This document shows positions 1 to 12,563 of a stretch of 64,000 nt of DNA, one piece after another. The DNA comes from Malacoraja senta (Eukaryota), in the NCBI GenBank assembly GCA_038087875.1, contig CM075996.1, positions 3,474,001 to 3,538,000 on the forward strand, written 5' to 3'. The notes below the pieces were generated by a model. It ran no database searches. It saw nothing but the letters and a program-made list of their open reading frames with translations, and had not been told where the DNA came from. Within the stretch, counting starts at the first letter, position 1, and every line of letters begins with the position of its first letter. A program made the translations under genes and the position numbers.

Positions 1-504
1 TGAACAACTAATCATGTGTGTGGACTCGATAAGAAGAAGAAGACCCGTTGAATTACTCCAGCACTTTGAGACTTTCTCAGAAAAAGGTATTTCCCATTGA
101 AGGAGAAGATGAAGATGAAGTTCTTTTCTCAGATGAATGTGAATCTATCCTGAAGGAGTAATTTAATGTATTCAAAGTGAACATTGAATAGATTTTTAAA
201 CAATGGGAGTTATGGCGAGCAAGTTTGAAAGTGGACATGAGACCTGCCTCTATTCTTTTTCGAAGGCTGACACAAATGTCAGTTACTGTTGCCTTTCTGA
301 TCTTTGATCACAGCTGTGGAAAGTTAGTAATAAAACAAGTTTTACACTGTGGAGAAAAGGGGCCAGGATGAAAATAACATAAGGGACAACTTTTGTTAGA
401 AGTAAGGCAGGACTTGTCAGGGAGATTATAAAGCGTCAACTCACCAAAACTAATGAGATTAGATAACTGCCACTGCTCTCTATGCGCAAGTTAAGTTATG
501 CAGA

Positions 505-670
505 AGTGCTCTTAAAGATAGCGGAGTCAGGGGATATGGGGAGAAGGCAGGAACGGGGTATTGATTGGGGATGATCAGCCATTGTAGGCTGATCGAGCCA
601 GCACCGCCACATTGAATGGCGGTACTGGCTTGAAGGGCCGATTGGCCTACTCTGCACCTATTGTCTATTG
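505..670 (+). mobile_element. CR1-clade LINE 3' end
   Basis: Matches the 3' end shared by the longer CR1 copies in the window (GGGGATATGGGGAGAAGGCAGGAACGGGGTA...GAAGGGCCGA...CCTATTGTCTATTG tail). Confidence 0.8.
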
Positions 671-2979
671 ATATTCTTCTATAAATATTTTAACAAAGAT
701 AATGCTTGATGTTTTAGAACAATATTGCCCTATGGATATTAATGAATAGTATTGCTGTGTATCCCATATAGCAATTATACCATTCAGTATGTTATGCAGC
801 AATATAATATTGTGTCCTTTAGTAGTATTTACTCTGGTCTATATTCTAGAAAATGTAAAATTGCAATGTGTACAAAGTAAGACTGCTATGAAAAGACTGT
901 TATTATACAATAGTATTTGTATATTTTGTGGTAATTACATGGCGTCTTGTATTATTTGTATTACTACTGCTATATGTAAAATAGTAAAAAAAATCTGTCA
1001 TTCAGTAATGATATTGCTGTGAAATAATGTATCGCATGGCTTGATTCATTATACAGTAACACCACTGCATGTATGTGATAGGGTAAAATGTTCTGTGTAT
1101 CATACGCTAATAGCATTGCTGCAACCCTGCAGGCTAATCAGCAATTAAAGTCAGGACAGAAGTGCTTCCAGCTTGCCTTTATTGCTCTGGGCTGACAGTG
1201 GGATAATATGCAAGCCAATCTGACAGACTCGCAGGAACCAGAAACTGCAGCCATTGAACAGATTATCTGACCTTTGCCACAAATTCCAGTCACATCTCCG
1301 AAATCCGCAGCACACAGTAATAACTCACTGGTTAAGATGGCAGCTGAGGTGTCGGCATTAAATAGTTGGTGATGGGAGTTCTTCGTGTATGCATCATGGC
1401 TTTCGGTGGTTCCGGAATTATTAGGAATAAAATGGAGATGAGACAGCAACTGTGGCTGCTCTTTTGTTCTCAGATCAGAGCGAGCTCTTTCTGGATCCTC
1501 TGCTGCCTTATCTCAGAGCTTTGCTGAGCTGTTAATTCCTGAGCCCTGCTCAATATCCCCACCACCTCAACAGAATCGTTCTTTGTTGCGGTACAAAGGT
1601 GCCCTTTGTATCAGAGAAAGCAGAAATATCTCTTTGGCAGAGTTACTCATATCCCAGATTAATGCAGCCTATGCCCCGTATAACACCCTCTGCAATTACA
1701 GTTATTGACTGTATACATAGCATTTTGTAAATAAAGTAGGGGTGTGAAAGAAAGGGTGGAGTGTTGTTAGTGATTTGTCAGGGATATTGGAACTAACTAC
1801 ACTGGTTAAACCTGTTTATAAAAGTGTATAAACACAATTCAGTCCTGCAGATAAAACTCTACAGATGCCAACACAAGCAAAACCACAAAAAAAACAGTCA
1901 CTGTGACAATTCTTCTCATTGTTCATTTGTGTATTTGTTCTTTTTTAAAGACTATACGTATACACAGGCGTCTGGTTATCTCTATGTCTTTGGCTGTTGG
2001 CTGTAGCTTGTTAAAACAGTGTGAAATTCCATGGGGCACAAATTAAAATGGTGAACTGCACAACAGTTGCACAAGAAATCTATGTTTACGCAAGTCAGTC
2101 GCTGAGCTTGGTGCAGCGGTGGGGGATGGGCAGGGAAGGGTGGGGGATGGGTCGCTTTTGCAGGCAGATGCGTGTTTATGGTGCAATGAGGAAGCTGCTG
2201 TACTCCGGTCCAGATTTTGCATGCAGCCCGTGAGGAATTTGTGTAGAGCCAGCTGGCTGAGACTGGATCAATCCGGTTTCATCCGCCAAGGACTGGCGGC
2301 TTGTTCACTGAGCAATCAGCCCAGCCCCTGGGAGAATTAAACCAGGATAAAACCCTGCCTGCAGCAGATATTTCAGCCCCCTTATTTTGCAAAATGCTAT
2401 AAATAGTATCCAGATTCCATTTTAGCACAAATAAAGCAGAATATACTATGTGATAGCAATATTATTGTCTAAAACTGGCAGAAGTGTATCGTCCCTATTT
2501 TCTGCACCGTTGGCCATTTTGTTTTTTTAAATGATTAACCCATTTATTATATTGAAAATTCCCTAATTTAACCTAGAGAAATGCGGGGAGTGTTTGTTCA
2601 TTAAATTCACAATATGGTGACAGAGAAAGGAGCTTGTGCCCCCCCTCCCCCCCGCCAACCATCCCTCACCCCCCTGATTTCACATGTCTTTAGTTGCTTG
2701 CTTTGGTGATGCTGCATTGCACCTAAGATGATTGTGGGATGTACTATCCGTGTGAACTGCGTGACTGTCAGACTGGCATTGCAGTGTAGCGGGAAAGGCT
2801 GAGTGTTTGCCAGCTTCTGACAAGCAATCCTGCTCCCACCGTCAGCTCATACCTCACATGGGGAGGACCTTGGATATCCAGAGCTCTGCCCACTTTTCAT
2901 ACCCCACTTGGATTCTGATTAGATCACCAACACTTGCCCTGCTGACCTGCTACTGTGAAAGGAAATGGACAATCACAGT

Positions 2980-3275
2980 TTCAGGCTGAGTCGCCCCAAA
3001 TCGTCAATTGTCCATTCCTTCCACAGATGCTACCTGATGTGAGTTCCTCCGGCAGACTGCAGACACAAGGAACTGCAGATGCTGTTTTTTTTAAATAAAG
3101 ACACAAAGTGTTGGAGTAACTCAGCGGTTGAGGTAGCATCACTGGAGAACATGGATAGGTAACGTTTGGGTCAGGGCCTTTCTCCAGACTCTTCCAGCAG
3201 AGTGTTTTGTGCTCAAGATTCCAGCATCTGCAGTCTCTTGTGTAGCTCTTTGTTTCAGATTTCCTGCATCTGCAG
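2980..3275. mobile_element. Cluster of degenerate Penelope-like terminal repeats in mixed orientation
   Basis: Contains GGAACTGCAGATGCTG...GGAGTAACTCAGCGG...GCATC...AACGTTTGGGTC and its reverse complement. Confidence 0.65.
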
Positions 3276-3427
3276 ATTAATTGAGAAAAAAACATATTTT
3301 TGATAGCTAAAACTGCGTGAGATGAACCTGATTAAGATTATGATCATCTGGGAATAAAAAGCTCATTTCAGCTATAACAAAGTTCTGAAATTTAACGAAG
3401 GAATACCAAGTATTCTGTATGGCACGA

Positions 3428-3524
3428 AGGTAGACACAAAAAGCTGGAGTAACTCAGCGGGACAGGCAGCATCTCTGGAGAGAAGGAATGGATGACGTTT
3501 CGGGTCGAGACCCTTCTTCAGACT
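3428..3524 (-). mobile_element. Penelope-like terminal repeat with hammerhead motif
   Basis: Minus strand reads AGTCTGAAGAAGGGTCTCGACCCGAAACGTCATCCATTCCTTCTCTCCAGAGATGCTGCC; the same repeat follows the GIY-YIG remnant at 42505-42619. Confidence 0.8.
3490..3524 (-). ncRNA. Minimal type I hammerhead ribozyme motif, core intact
   Basis: CUGAAGA + extra A + stem II GGGU-CUCG-ACCC + GAAA + C/G palindromic stem III + GUC triplet; stem I is weak. Confidence 0.6.
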
Positions 3525-3566
3525 GCATGGCAGGCAGGTTAACATTGTCTCATTTCTTTCTAGTCG

Positions 3567-4402
3567 AAGGTTCAAAGGTCCATTTATTTTCACATACACC
3601 AATTGGTGTAGTGAAATTAGAGTTGCCATTGCAGCACACTAATAAGAATGCAACACAACATTAAAGAAGAATTTAACATTAAACATAAAAACATCCCCCC
3701 ACAATGGTTCCCACTGTGAGGGAAGGCACAAAGTCCAGTCCTCTTCCTCTTGTTCGCCCATAGTCGGGCCCATTGAGGCCTCCGCAGTTGCCGCTACGGC
3801 GGCCCGATGTTTCAGGCCCTCTCGCCAGATGATAGTGCTCCGGCGTCGGGAGAACCCTCTCAGCGGCTTGGAATACCTGGAACGGCCGCTTCCTTACCGG
3901 AGACCGCGGCTCCCGAAGCCAACAGGCCGTGCTGGTCGATCTCGGCGAGAGATCTCAGGCTCTGCGGTGTTTAAACTCAGCACCGCCGCCCGCAGCTGGC
4001 CGCTCCACAGACCCCGCAGCTCCGTGGTGTATCAATCGGCGGACTCAGCATTCCGGAGCTCCAGCACGGCGACCCGGGCAAGGCATCGCCCGCTCCGCGA
4101 TGGCGCTCCAGTGCTGTGCTGCCGCCGAAGCCGAGGTTCTGGCCGGTCCCGACAGGAAACGCCACTCCAGTCCCGATGGTAGGCCGCGAGGACGGGGTGA
4201 AGATGCGGCTCGGAGAAAAGCCGCCTCTCCGACCAGGTAGGGACTGAGAAATGCAGTTTCCCCCTTACCCCACCCCACCCTTCATATAAAAAAGATGAGA
4301 CCTCCAAACAAAACTTTTTACATGCTAAAAATTACAAAAAGGAGTGAAAGGACGGACAGCTGCAGGCAGGGCAGCCATACCCAACTGGATGGCACCCCCA
4401 CC
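3567..4402 (-). mobile_element. GC-rich non-autonomous retroelement (~830 bp), copy 1
   Basis: Collinear with 9589-10423 and 11737-12563. The minus-strand 3' end has a TTTCACT(G/A)CACCAATTGGTG...AATAAA tail with a short tandem repeat. No credible ORF. Confidence 0.75.
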
Positions 4403-4614
4403 TTAGAATGTGAGTCTTTGTATCACAGAAGAATAGAGAAGAAAGAGGAGGCTTTGTCCCAAGGAAGAACTGGCATTTTTCTCTTATTTGGATTTTACTG
4501 ATTTGCAGGTTTATTTGCTCTGCAGCCCACATGGCTGTAAAACATTGTCATACAGAGCGCGGGAGCGAGGAAAGAGAATTAAAAATGTGTGCAAGATGAA
4601 TAGTGTCTGTATAG

Positions 4615-4962
4615 TTGTGTTGGAAGAAACTGCAGTTGCTGGCTTACACCAAAGATAGACACAAAATGCTGGAGTAACTCAGCGGGACAGGCAGCATCTC
4701 TGGAGAATGGGTGACATTTCGGGTTGAGACAAAATGGACGTTCAGTCACTCTACATCCCCATCCCCCACCGGGAATGCCTTAAAGCCTTCCATTTTTTCC
4801 TCGACTGCAGAACCAGCGAATTTCCCTCTATCAACACTCTCCTCCGCTTCAACCACTTCTCCCACTTCAGGAGTCTGAAGAAGGGTCTTGACCCGAAACG
4901 TTACCCATCCTCTCCAGAGATGCTGCCTATCCCGCTGAGTTACTCCGGCTTTTTGTGTCTAT
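4615..4962 (+). mobile_element. Internally deleted Penelope-like element: inverted terminal repeat, RT fragment, hammerhead terminal repeat
   Basis: 4734-4850 encodes MDVQSLYIPIPHRECLKAFHFFLD, resembling the Penelope RT motif DVxSLYTxIP. It is flanked by a minus-strand repeat (4615-4730) and a plus-strand repeat (4871-4962) with CTGAAGAAGGGTCTTGACCCGAAACGTT. Confidence 0.8.
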
Positions 4963-6908
4963 AATCACTATCTGTATAGTTGATGTGGCGCTTTTATTTA
5001 ATTGCAGTCTGCTGCAAAGATTGCTGTGGTCTCTGTATGCGGCAAGGTGGGGTCAAGTGGTCTGGCAGAGAATGGTTAACATAGATAGGTGGTGATGTAA
5101 TGTCTGCTGGGATTGGCCAGTGCACCATCAGCCCTCCTATTGACGGAAGCTCACCAGCTGCACCTCCAGTGGAGCAAACTAGTTGATTCCTAATTTGGTG
5201 ATTTAATCGCCACGATGAAAGGAGTCTCTAATGTTGTGATGATGATTATAGTGCAAGATCCAGGGCCCTCGTGCGCATTTTAATTAATCACAGTTTTTAT
5301 TTTTAACCCAGCAAATAGCAGGTTTCATAACCCAGTTGCTCACCAGAAAATCCTGCTATTTTTCTTGCCCCTGTAAATAGCTTTTGAATTAATCAATTCT
5401 GGTTGAAGCCTCAGGCAGACACAAAGGCTGAACTTGTATTTCCATATTGCCTCACAAAGTCTCGAGTGTTTCAAAGCAGATTTGAAACAGTTGCCTCCTT
5501 TGTTGTGAGACACAGGGAACTGCAGACGCTGGTTTATGACTGTATTCACATATAGTCGTTCCGCTGACTGGATAGCACACACCAAAATGCTTTTCACTGT
5601 ACCTCACGACATGTGACAATAAACCAAACTAAAGTACACTAAACAAAACAAAACCTTGATTAGCTGGAATAACTCAATAGGTCAGGCAGCATCTCTGGAA
5701 GACATGGATAAGTGATGTTTCTGGCCAGGGCCCTTATTCAGACTGAAGTTGGGAGGCAACACAGGCAATGTTTTGATTTTTTTAAACGCAGTTCGCGAAT
5801 GGCGTGGGACCACATTTTTGTGCAGATTTCCGGACACCCATACCGCTGAGTTGCCGACGTCGTTTGAGAATTGCACACTAAGTTACTCCAGCACTTGGTG
5901 TGTTTTTATGTAAAACAGCATCTGCAGTTCCAAGTTTCTACAATGTTTTGACCAGCAAAGCCTTAAATCAGCAAATGGGTTAAAAACCTTTGTAGACATA
6001 AGGTACAAGATGCTGGAATCTTGAACATACTGTACTGGAGAAACTTTGTGGGTCAGATAGCGTCTGTGGAGGGAATGTCTACTTCAAAAATTTGTAAAGA
6101 ACAATGGGCCATTCATTGTTCTGATTTGACTCAAATTTCCTCCACTCCTCTGCTTTTTACATTACCTTAATTCTCTATTCCTTGATTCTGATGTGCGTTT
6201 TTACAGCATCTATGCATTGCGTCGTAGCCAGCATTTACTAGTCATCCCTAACGGCCTTTCCGAAGGTGGTCATCTTGAACCAATGCAATCCTTCTGGTGA
6301 AGATGCTTCCAGAGTGCCGATGTGGAGAGGTTCCATAATTTAGACCCAGCGACGATGAGGAAATCAATTCACGATGATGTGTAACTTGTAGGAGAAACTG
6401 CAGGTTGTGGCATTCCCATACACTAATCTTGTAATAGCTAATCCAATAGCTACCGTCTCTAGTGTCTCTATTCTGTGTTTGGTTTTAAGGAAGAGTGCAC
6501 AGCACAATGTGAGCCTGGACCACAGGCTGCCAGGTTCAGTTCCTGGTTGGTTTGGCTTCCGTCAGCTGAGGAGGAAGCAGTGACCACCATCAGCTTCAAC
6601 AGCCTATGGGAGAGATGGAAAATCATCAAGCAGGTCAATGCTCGTACTTCTGATCCAATATCAAAACTATTGGAAATCTGAAATAAAAACGGAAAATGCT
6701 CAATAGGTCAGGCAGCATCAGTGGAGAAAGAGAGAAACAGTGTATCAGCCACAATGTTAGTCACAATTTCCGGCATTTGCTGTTTTTTAATTTCGTAATT
6801 CTGATCGTTTTCCAGTGTGAGGTCATCAACCACTTGTTCAAATGTTGGGATAAACCATACCAGGCATTCATGCGGTCATCACACAAATGCCCTGATTGAT
6901 TTCAAATC

Positions 6909-8661
6909 CAGGGCCGGCCTTAAGCCGATTGGACCGATTTCTCCCAATTGGGCCCCGCGCCTAAGGGGGGCCCCATGTTAATTTTCCGTATTTCGTACGG
7001 TAATACAAATTCGCTTTGTTAAATAAAGATTTTTAAAAAACATTCGCCATACGGATTTTTTTACAAAACAAAAATGGATAACAACCGCTGCACGGCCATT
7101 AGACAGAAATGATTTGTTATCTACTAGTGTAGCACTTGTCAACAGCCAGTAGTTAACAAGTAGTTATACAATGTGTCATATATGCATCGATCCACATTCC
7201 TCAGGAAATGTAATTGTGTTTCGAACAAGTATTAATGACGCTTCGTTCCTTTGAATACAATTCACGCGGCGTCATTAATACTTGTTCAAAACACAATTAC
7301 ACTTACTGAGGAATGGAGATCGATGCATTGATGACACATTGAGAATTTCTTAAAACTCACCATCTGATTGAGGGCTCCTTCTTGGTGAGCTTCTTGGTGT
7401 GCAGGTTAGTCATTCAATTTACCTACCGACCCACGTTATGTCTCTCTGTCTTTCGCTCTCTCCCTCCCTCTCTCGTGCGCTCTCTCTCTCTCCCCGCTCC
7501 CCATCTCGTCCCTCTCCAGCTCTCTCGGCATTCCCGGAATCATTGACGTTTTGCGGTAGACAAAAATGCTGGAGAAACTCAGTGGGTGAGGCAGCATCTA
7601 TGGATCGAAGGAAATACGCAACATTTCGGGTCGAAACCCTTCTTCAGACCCGGCCCGAAACGTTGGCTATTTCCTTCGCTCCATAGATGCTGCCTCACCC
7701 GCTGAGTTTCTCCAGCATTTTTGTCTACCTTCGATTTTCCAGCATCTGCAGTTCCTTCTTCGACGTTTTGCGGTGACGGCTGCATCTGCGGTTCCTTTCT
7801 GTGTTGTGGGGGGGGGGGGGGGGGGAGGGCAGGAGCATTGAGAAGGAGGCGGTCGGGGATCATGCCAGTGTCCAGCTCAAGAGCGGGTCAGCGGGCGATG
7901 GATAACAGGACAGCGGGCGGTGGAGCTTACTCCATATGTCAGGGCGAGTAACCTCAATTGATCCCTTGTTCGCGCTGCCAAGCTCCACCGCCCGTTGTGA
8001 TGTTATCCATCACCCGCTGACCCACTCCCCTCTATGATCTGCTCTTGAGCTGGTCCCTCACTGTTCAGACGGAGAGCACTGCCAGAGATGAGCGGGCCAG
8101 CAGAAGGCACTGAGATGGCAGTCGGTTCCACTGTCCGGTGATGGCGGCTGCTCGTAGCCACCCGAGCTGCTTCCCTTCCCGGCCACAATGCGGTGGCTCC
8201 GCGCCTGGAGCGCCGCGGCAGCGGTGAGTGGGTACTGACATGAACCCGACCCCCTCCTCAACGCTCCCACCCTCCCCGCAACTTTACCCCTGGCTAGACT
8301 CCCCACACGCTGTGAAAGGAACTCTCCCCCCAATTGGTCCCTTGATAAGTTGAACTAGTATTGTCATTCAATAAGATGACAACTGATTCAACTTGTCCCG
8401 GTGTGCTCCCGTTTTTCCCACCATCTTTCCACCTGCTGTCACCCTCCACCCCCCACCCATTCAGTAATTCAGAAAGAAGGAGACTTGGAAGCCGTGGGAA
8501 AATTGAATTGTTACTTTATTTTTATTTTTACGCGGTTTAAGATTTTTTTAAAGCCGACTGACTCATATTACTCACAACACGTGACTCATTTATAATTATT
8601 TATTTATATTTCTATGAAAATTGTTCCCAATTGGGCCCCGTTCCTCCTAAGGCCGGCCCTG
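6909..8661. mobile_element. Non-autonomous TIR DNA transposon (hAT-like termini)
   Basis: TIRs CAGGGCCGGCCTTAAG / CCTAAGGCCGGCCCTG; subterminal CCCAATTGGGCCCCG at both ends; no transposase ORF; no 8-bp TSD visible. Confidence 0.7.
7555..7760. mobile_element. Inverted pair of Penelope-like terminal repeats nested in the TIR element
   Basis: GTAGACAAAAATGCTGGAGAAACTCAG...CCCTTCTTCAGAC followed by CCCGAAACGTTG...CTGAGTTTCTCCAGCATTTTTGTCTAC. Confidence 0.75.
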
Positions 8662-9588
8662 GGTGGATCGTAGATGAAAACTTTAATTGAAACTCTGGCT
8701 GCCTTGGCAATTGACTTTGCAACTCAATCTTCCTCCTTGTCTAACGATACCTGACATGGTGAAGAGAGCTTGTGAGCTTGGCTGTTCTCTGTGTGTGCTG
8801 CATATATTTGTTCCTAAATTGTAGCAGAGAGAACATTCTTGAAGAAGGATCTTGACCCGAAACATCGTCTGTCCATATCCATCCGCAGATACTGCATGAT
8901 GTGCTGAGTTCCTCCAGCAGCTTTTTTTTCAAGAAGATTTTAAAAGATTTTCTTCGAGTGTTAAGCCCTCTGGGGGTCATGGTGAAAAGGAACTATTAAA
9001 TGTATGCCTTCATTTTCCTATATCTTTTTTTTAAGAAACCTAAATCCCCGTATTCCCAAAAGTCTAAATGTCTCTGTTTTTAAATTTTCAATTATTCTTC
9101 ATCATTGGGAATTTTTCAGGGAGAGAATTCCAAAGTTCCATCATCATTTGTGGGTTGAATTGGTACTTGAGATCAACATAGTTCCTTTACATCATACAAG
9201 GAATTGGAGATGCTGGAATATTGAGCAAAAAATATGAAGTCCTGGAGTAACTCAGCAGGGCAGGCAACATCTCTGGAGGATATGGATAGGCAACGTTTTG
9301 GGTAAGGAGACTTCTTTTACAGTCTGACCCACTGGATTCCTTCAGCACTTTGTTGTTTTGCTCATGGTTCTTCTACTGTGCAATTGTTAACAGTTTATTA
9401 TTTTACTTAAGACTTTAGAGATACGACGTGGAAACAGGCCCTTCAGCTCACCGAGTCCATGCGGACCAGCAATCACCCCGTGCACACTAGAACAAATGTA
9501 CCTAATCCTTTGCTAGAGAGATCAGACCTCTGTATCCCTCCTACAAGGCTAGCGGGATCTGTAATCCTCGTCTTTCTGACACAGAAAT

Positions 9589-10423
9589 CAAAGGACAAAG
9601 GACATCTATTGTTACACACACCAATTGGTGCAGTGAAATTTGAGTTACCATGCAGCACACAAATAAGATAAACACAACACTATAGAATTTAACATTAAAC
9701 ATAAAAAACACACCCCCCCACAGCGGGATCAATGTTTCCCACTGTGAGGGAAGGCAACAAAGTTCAGTCCTCTTCCTCATTGTTCACCCGTGGTCGGGGC
9801 CTATTAAGGCCTCCGCAGTCGCCGCCACGGTGGCCCGATATTTCAGGCCCTCTCCGTAATGATGGAACTCTGGCATCGGAAGAACACTCTCAGCGGCTTG
9901 GAGTTCCGAAACGGCCGCTTCCTGCCGGAGACCGCGGCTCCTGAAGTCCACAGGCCACGCTGGGCTGAGCTCCAACATTGGCAACCTCGGCAAAAGATCC
10001 CAGGCTCCACGATGATAAAGTCAGCGCCGCCGCGGCTGGAAGCTCCGCAGACCACAGCTCCACGATGTTGAAGTCGGCTCCGGAGCTCCAACACGGCGAC
10101 CCGGGTAAGGCATCGCTCGCTCCGCGATGGTACCTCAGTGCTGCGCCGCCGCTAAAGCTCGAAGCTCTGGCCGAACTCCGACATGAAAGGCCGCGCCAAT
10201 CCAAATAGTAGGCCGCAAGAAGGGGCCGAAGTTACGGCTCAGAGGAAGGACGCATCCTCGACCAGGTAGGGACCGGAAAATACAGTTCCCCCTTCCCCCC
10301 CCTACATAAAAAGACTAAAAGGCAAAACTAAAAAACAAAACTTTTCGACAACATTTTAAAAAGGGTGAAGGACGAACAGCTGCAGGCGAGGCTGCTACAC
10401 TTGATGGCGCCACCACTCGGACT
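9589..10423 (-). mobile_element. GC-rich non-autonomous retroelement, copy 2
   Basis: Collinear with copies 1 and 3; minus-strand 5' end GAGTCCGAGTGGTGGCGCCATC; tandem GTCCTTT tail. Confidence 0.8.
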
Positions 10424-11494
10424 CATCAATCCAAGAGCATGAGGAAAAGGCCTCAGGAAAAGACCCCTCTCTCTGTAAAACCTACTCCACACTAGTGATA
10501 GTCAGAGCATCATAGCATGGCCCTTCATCCACCCACGTTATTTGTTCACCAGTGATGGGAAAAGAAATCAAAACACCTAAGTTAATAAAGGTATTAAAAC
10601 TCTCCTCTAACCTCCACAGGCATTGAACCCAGTCCACACTCGCACTGATCACTGAGCCAAGTCTCTGTTCCACAGTTTTTCCACTCATTACATAAACATC
10701 ACACACCATCAAAGAAAAACAAGGACACAAACAGTTTGTTCTTTAAAGTGTTTCTGATGAGAAGCCACTGAAAGTGAAATCATGACCCCTTGACTGGTTC
10801 AGCTCTGGTAGTTGGGGAATAATGCTCTGAATAGATCCAATTAGATGAAGAATGACTAGATTTAAGTTTTGCATCAAGAACAAAGGCTTGTTAATTTGAC
10901 AGTGAAGTGAACACAGTGTCCAGGGACTGGAACACCTGAAGTAATAAAGGAAAGCATCAGCCATGGGAAAACCTTTGGCATTTGAAGAGCTGCCCATTGG
11001 AGAATGAGTAAGTTCCCAGTAAGAGAGGTCCTTTAAAGCTCTTCCATCACTCTGTGCAGGGTTATCTACACTCTGATGTGTGTGTGTGGGTGGGGGGAGG
11101 GGGAGGGGGGGGAGGTAATTAAATAGATATATAGACAAATAGCACGAGGATTTGATTCAATTGTCTTTTCAGTTTTGTGCTAATTAAGGCTGGGACCTGG
11201 ATTGATTGTCTTTCCATTGACTGGATAGCATGCCACAAAAGTATTTCACTGTACCTCTGTACATGTGACAATAAGGTAAACTGGATATTTTGCATTATTT
11301 GATATTGAGTATGGACAAAATCTGAGAGAGACTGAAATGGTTGATGCTGAGAGTTGTTTTCTCTTATCTGGAACCATGAGATATATTTTTTAGATAAATA
11401 ATTGGCAAATTGGAAATGAGATGAGACATTTCTTAATGAAGAGGATGATAAACGTTTGAACATTCTTTATCTGCGGGGAAAAAAATAAAAAAAT

Positions 11495-11566
11495 TGTTTG
11501 GCACGGACTTGAAGGGCCGAGATGGCCTGTTTCCGTGCTATAATGGTTATATGGTTATATGGTTAT
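11495..11566 (+). mobile_element. CR1 3' tip with (TATATGGT)n tail
   Basis: Nearly identical to 24838-24908. Confidence 0.7.
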
Positions 11567-11736
11567 CTCAGATGCTCTGCATCCTCATTCACCGAGTATG
11601 ATCAAAGATATTTGGAAGCAGAGGATTTGTGGACCAAACAGGAAAATAGACAAAGGACAGGATCAGACAAGATAATTCACTGTGGTACAGACCCAAGTGA
11701 GTTTTGACCACCTTATACCCGTATGATTATTGCTTG

Positions 11737-12563
11737 CAAAGGACAAAGGAAATTTATTGTCATGTACACCAATTGGTGCAGTGAAATTTGAGTTACCATG
11801 CAGCACACAAATGAGATAAACACAACACTATAGAATTTTACATAAGACATCCCCCACTGCGGAATCAACGTTTCCCACTGTGAGGGAAGGCAATAAAAGT
11901 TCAGTCCTCTTCCTCATGTTCACCCGTGGTCGGGGCCTATTTGAGGCCTCCGCAGTCGCCGCTACGGATGGTCCGATGTTTCAGGCCCTCTCGCCGGATG
12001 ATGGTACTACGGCGTCGGAAGAACACTCTCAGCAGCTTGGAGTTTCCGAATCGGCCGCTTCCTACCGAAGACCACGGCTCCCGAAGTCCACAGGCCGAGC
12101 TGGGCAGAGCTCCAACATTGGCGACCTCGGCGAAAGATCCCAGGCCTCCGCGATGTCAAAGTCAGCGGCGCCCGCGGCTGGAGGCTCCGCAGACCACAGC
12201 TCCACGGTGTTGAAGTCGGCAGTCTCACTACTCCGGAGCTTCAACACGGCGACCTCGGTAAGGCATCGGCCGCTCCGCGATGGTACCTCAGTGCTGCGCC
12301 GCCGCTGAAGCTCTGGCTGGTCTCCGGCAGGAAAGGCTGCGCCAATCCAGATGGTAGGCCGCGAGGAGGGGGCGAAGATGCGGCTCAGAGGAAAGACGCA
12401 TCCTCGACCCAGGTAGCGACTGTGAACCCCCCCCCCCCCCCACCACATAAAAAGACTAAAAGACCTCCACAACAAAACTTTTGACGGACTAAAAATTAAA
12501 AAAAGGATGAAAGAACAGCTGCAGGCGAGGCTGCCACACTCGATGGCGCCACCACTCGGACTC
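11737..12563 (-). mobile_element. GC-rich non-autonomous retroelement, copy 3
   Basis: Highly similar to copy 2 along its length, with the same termini. Confidence 0.8.
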
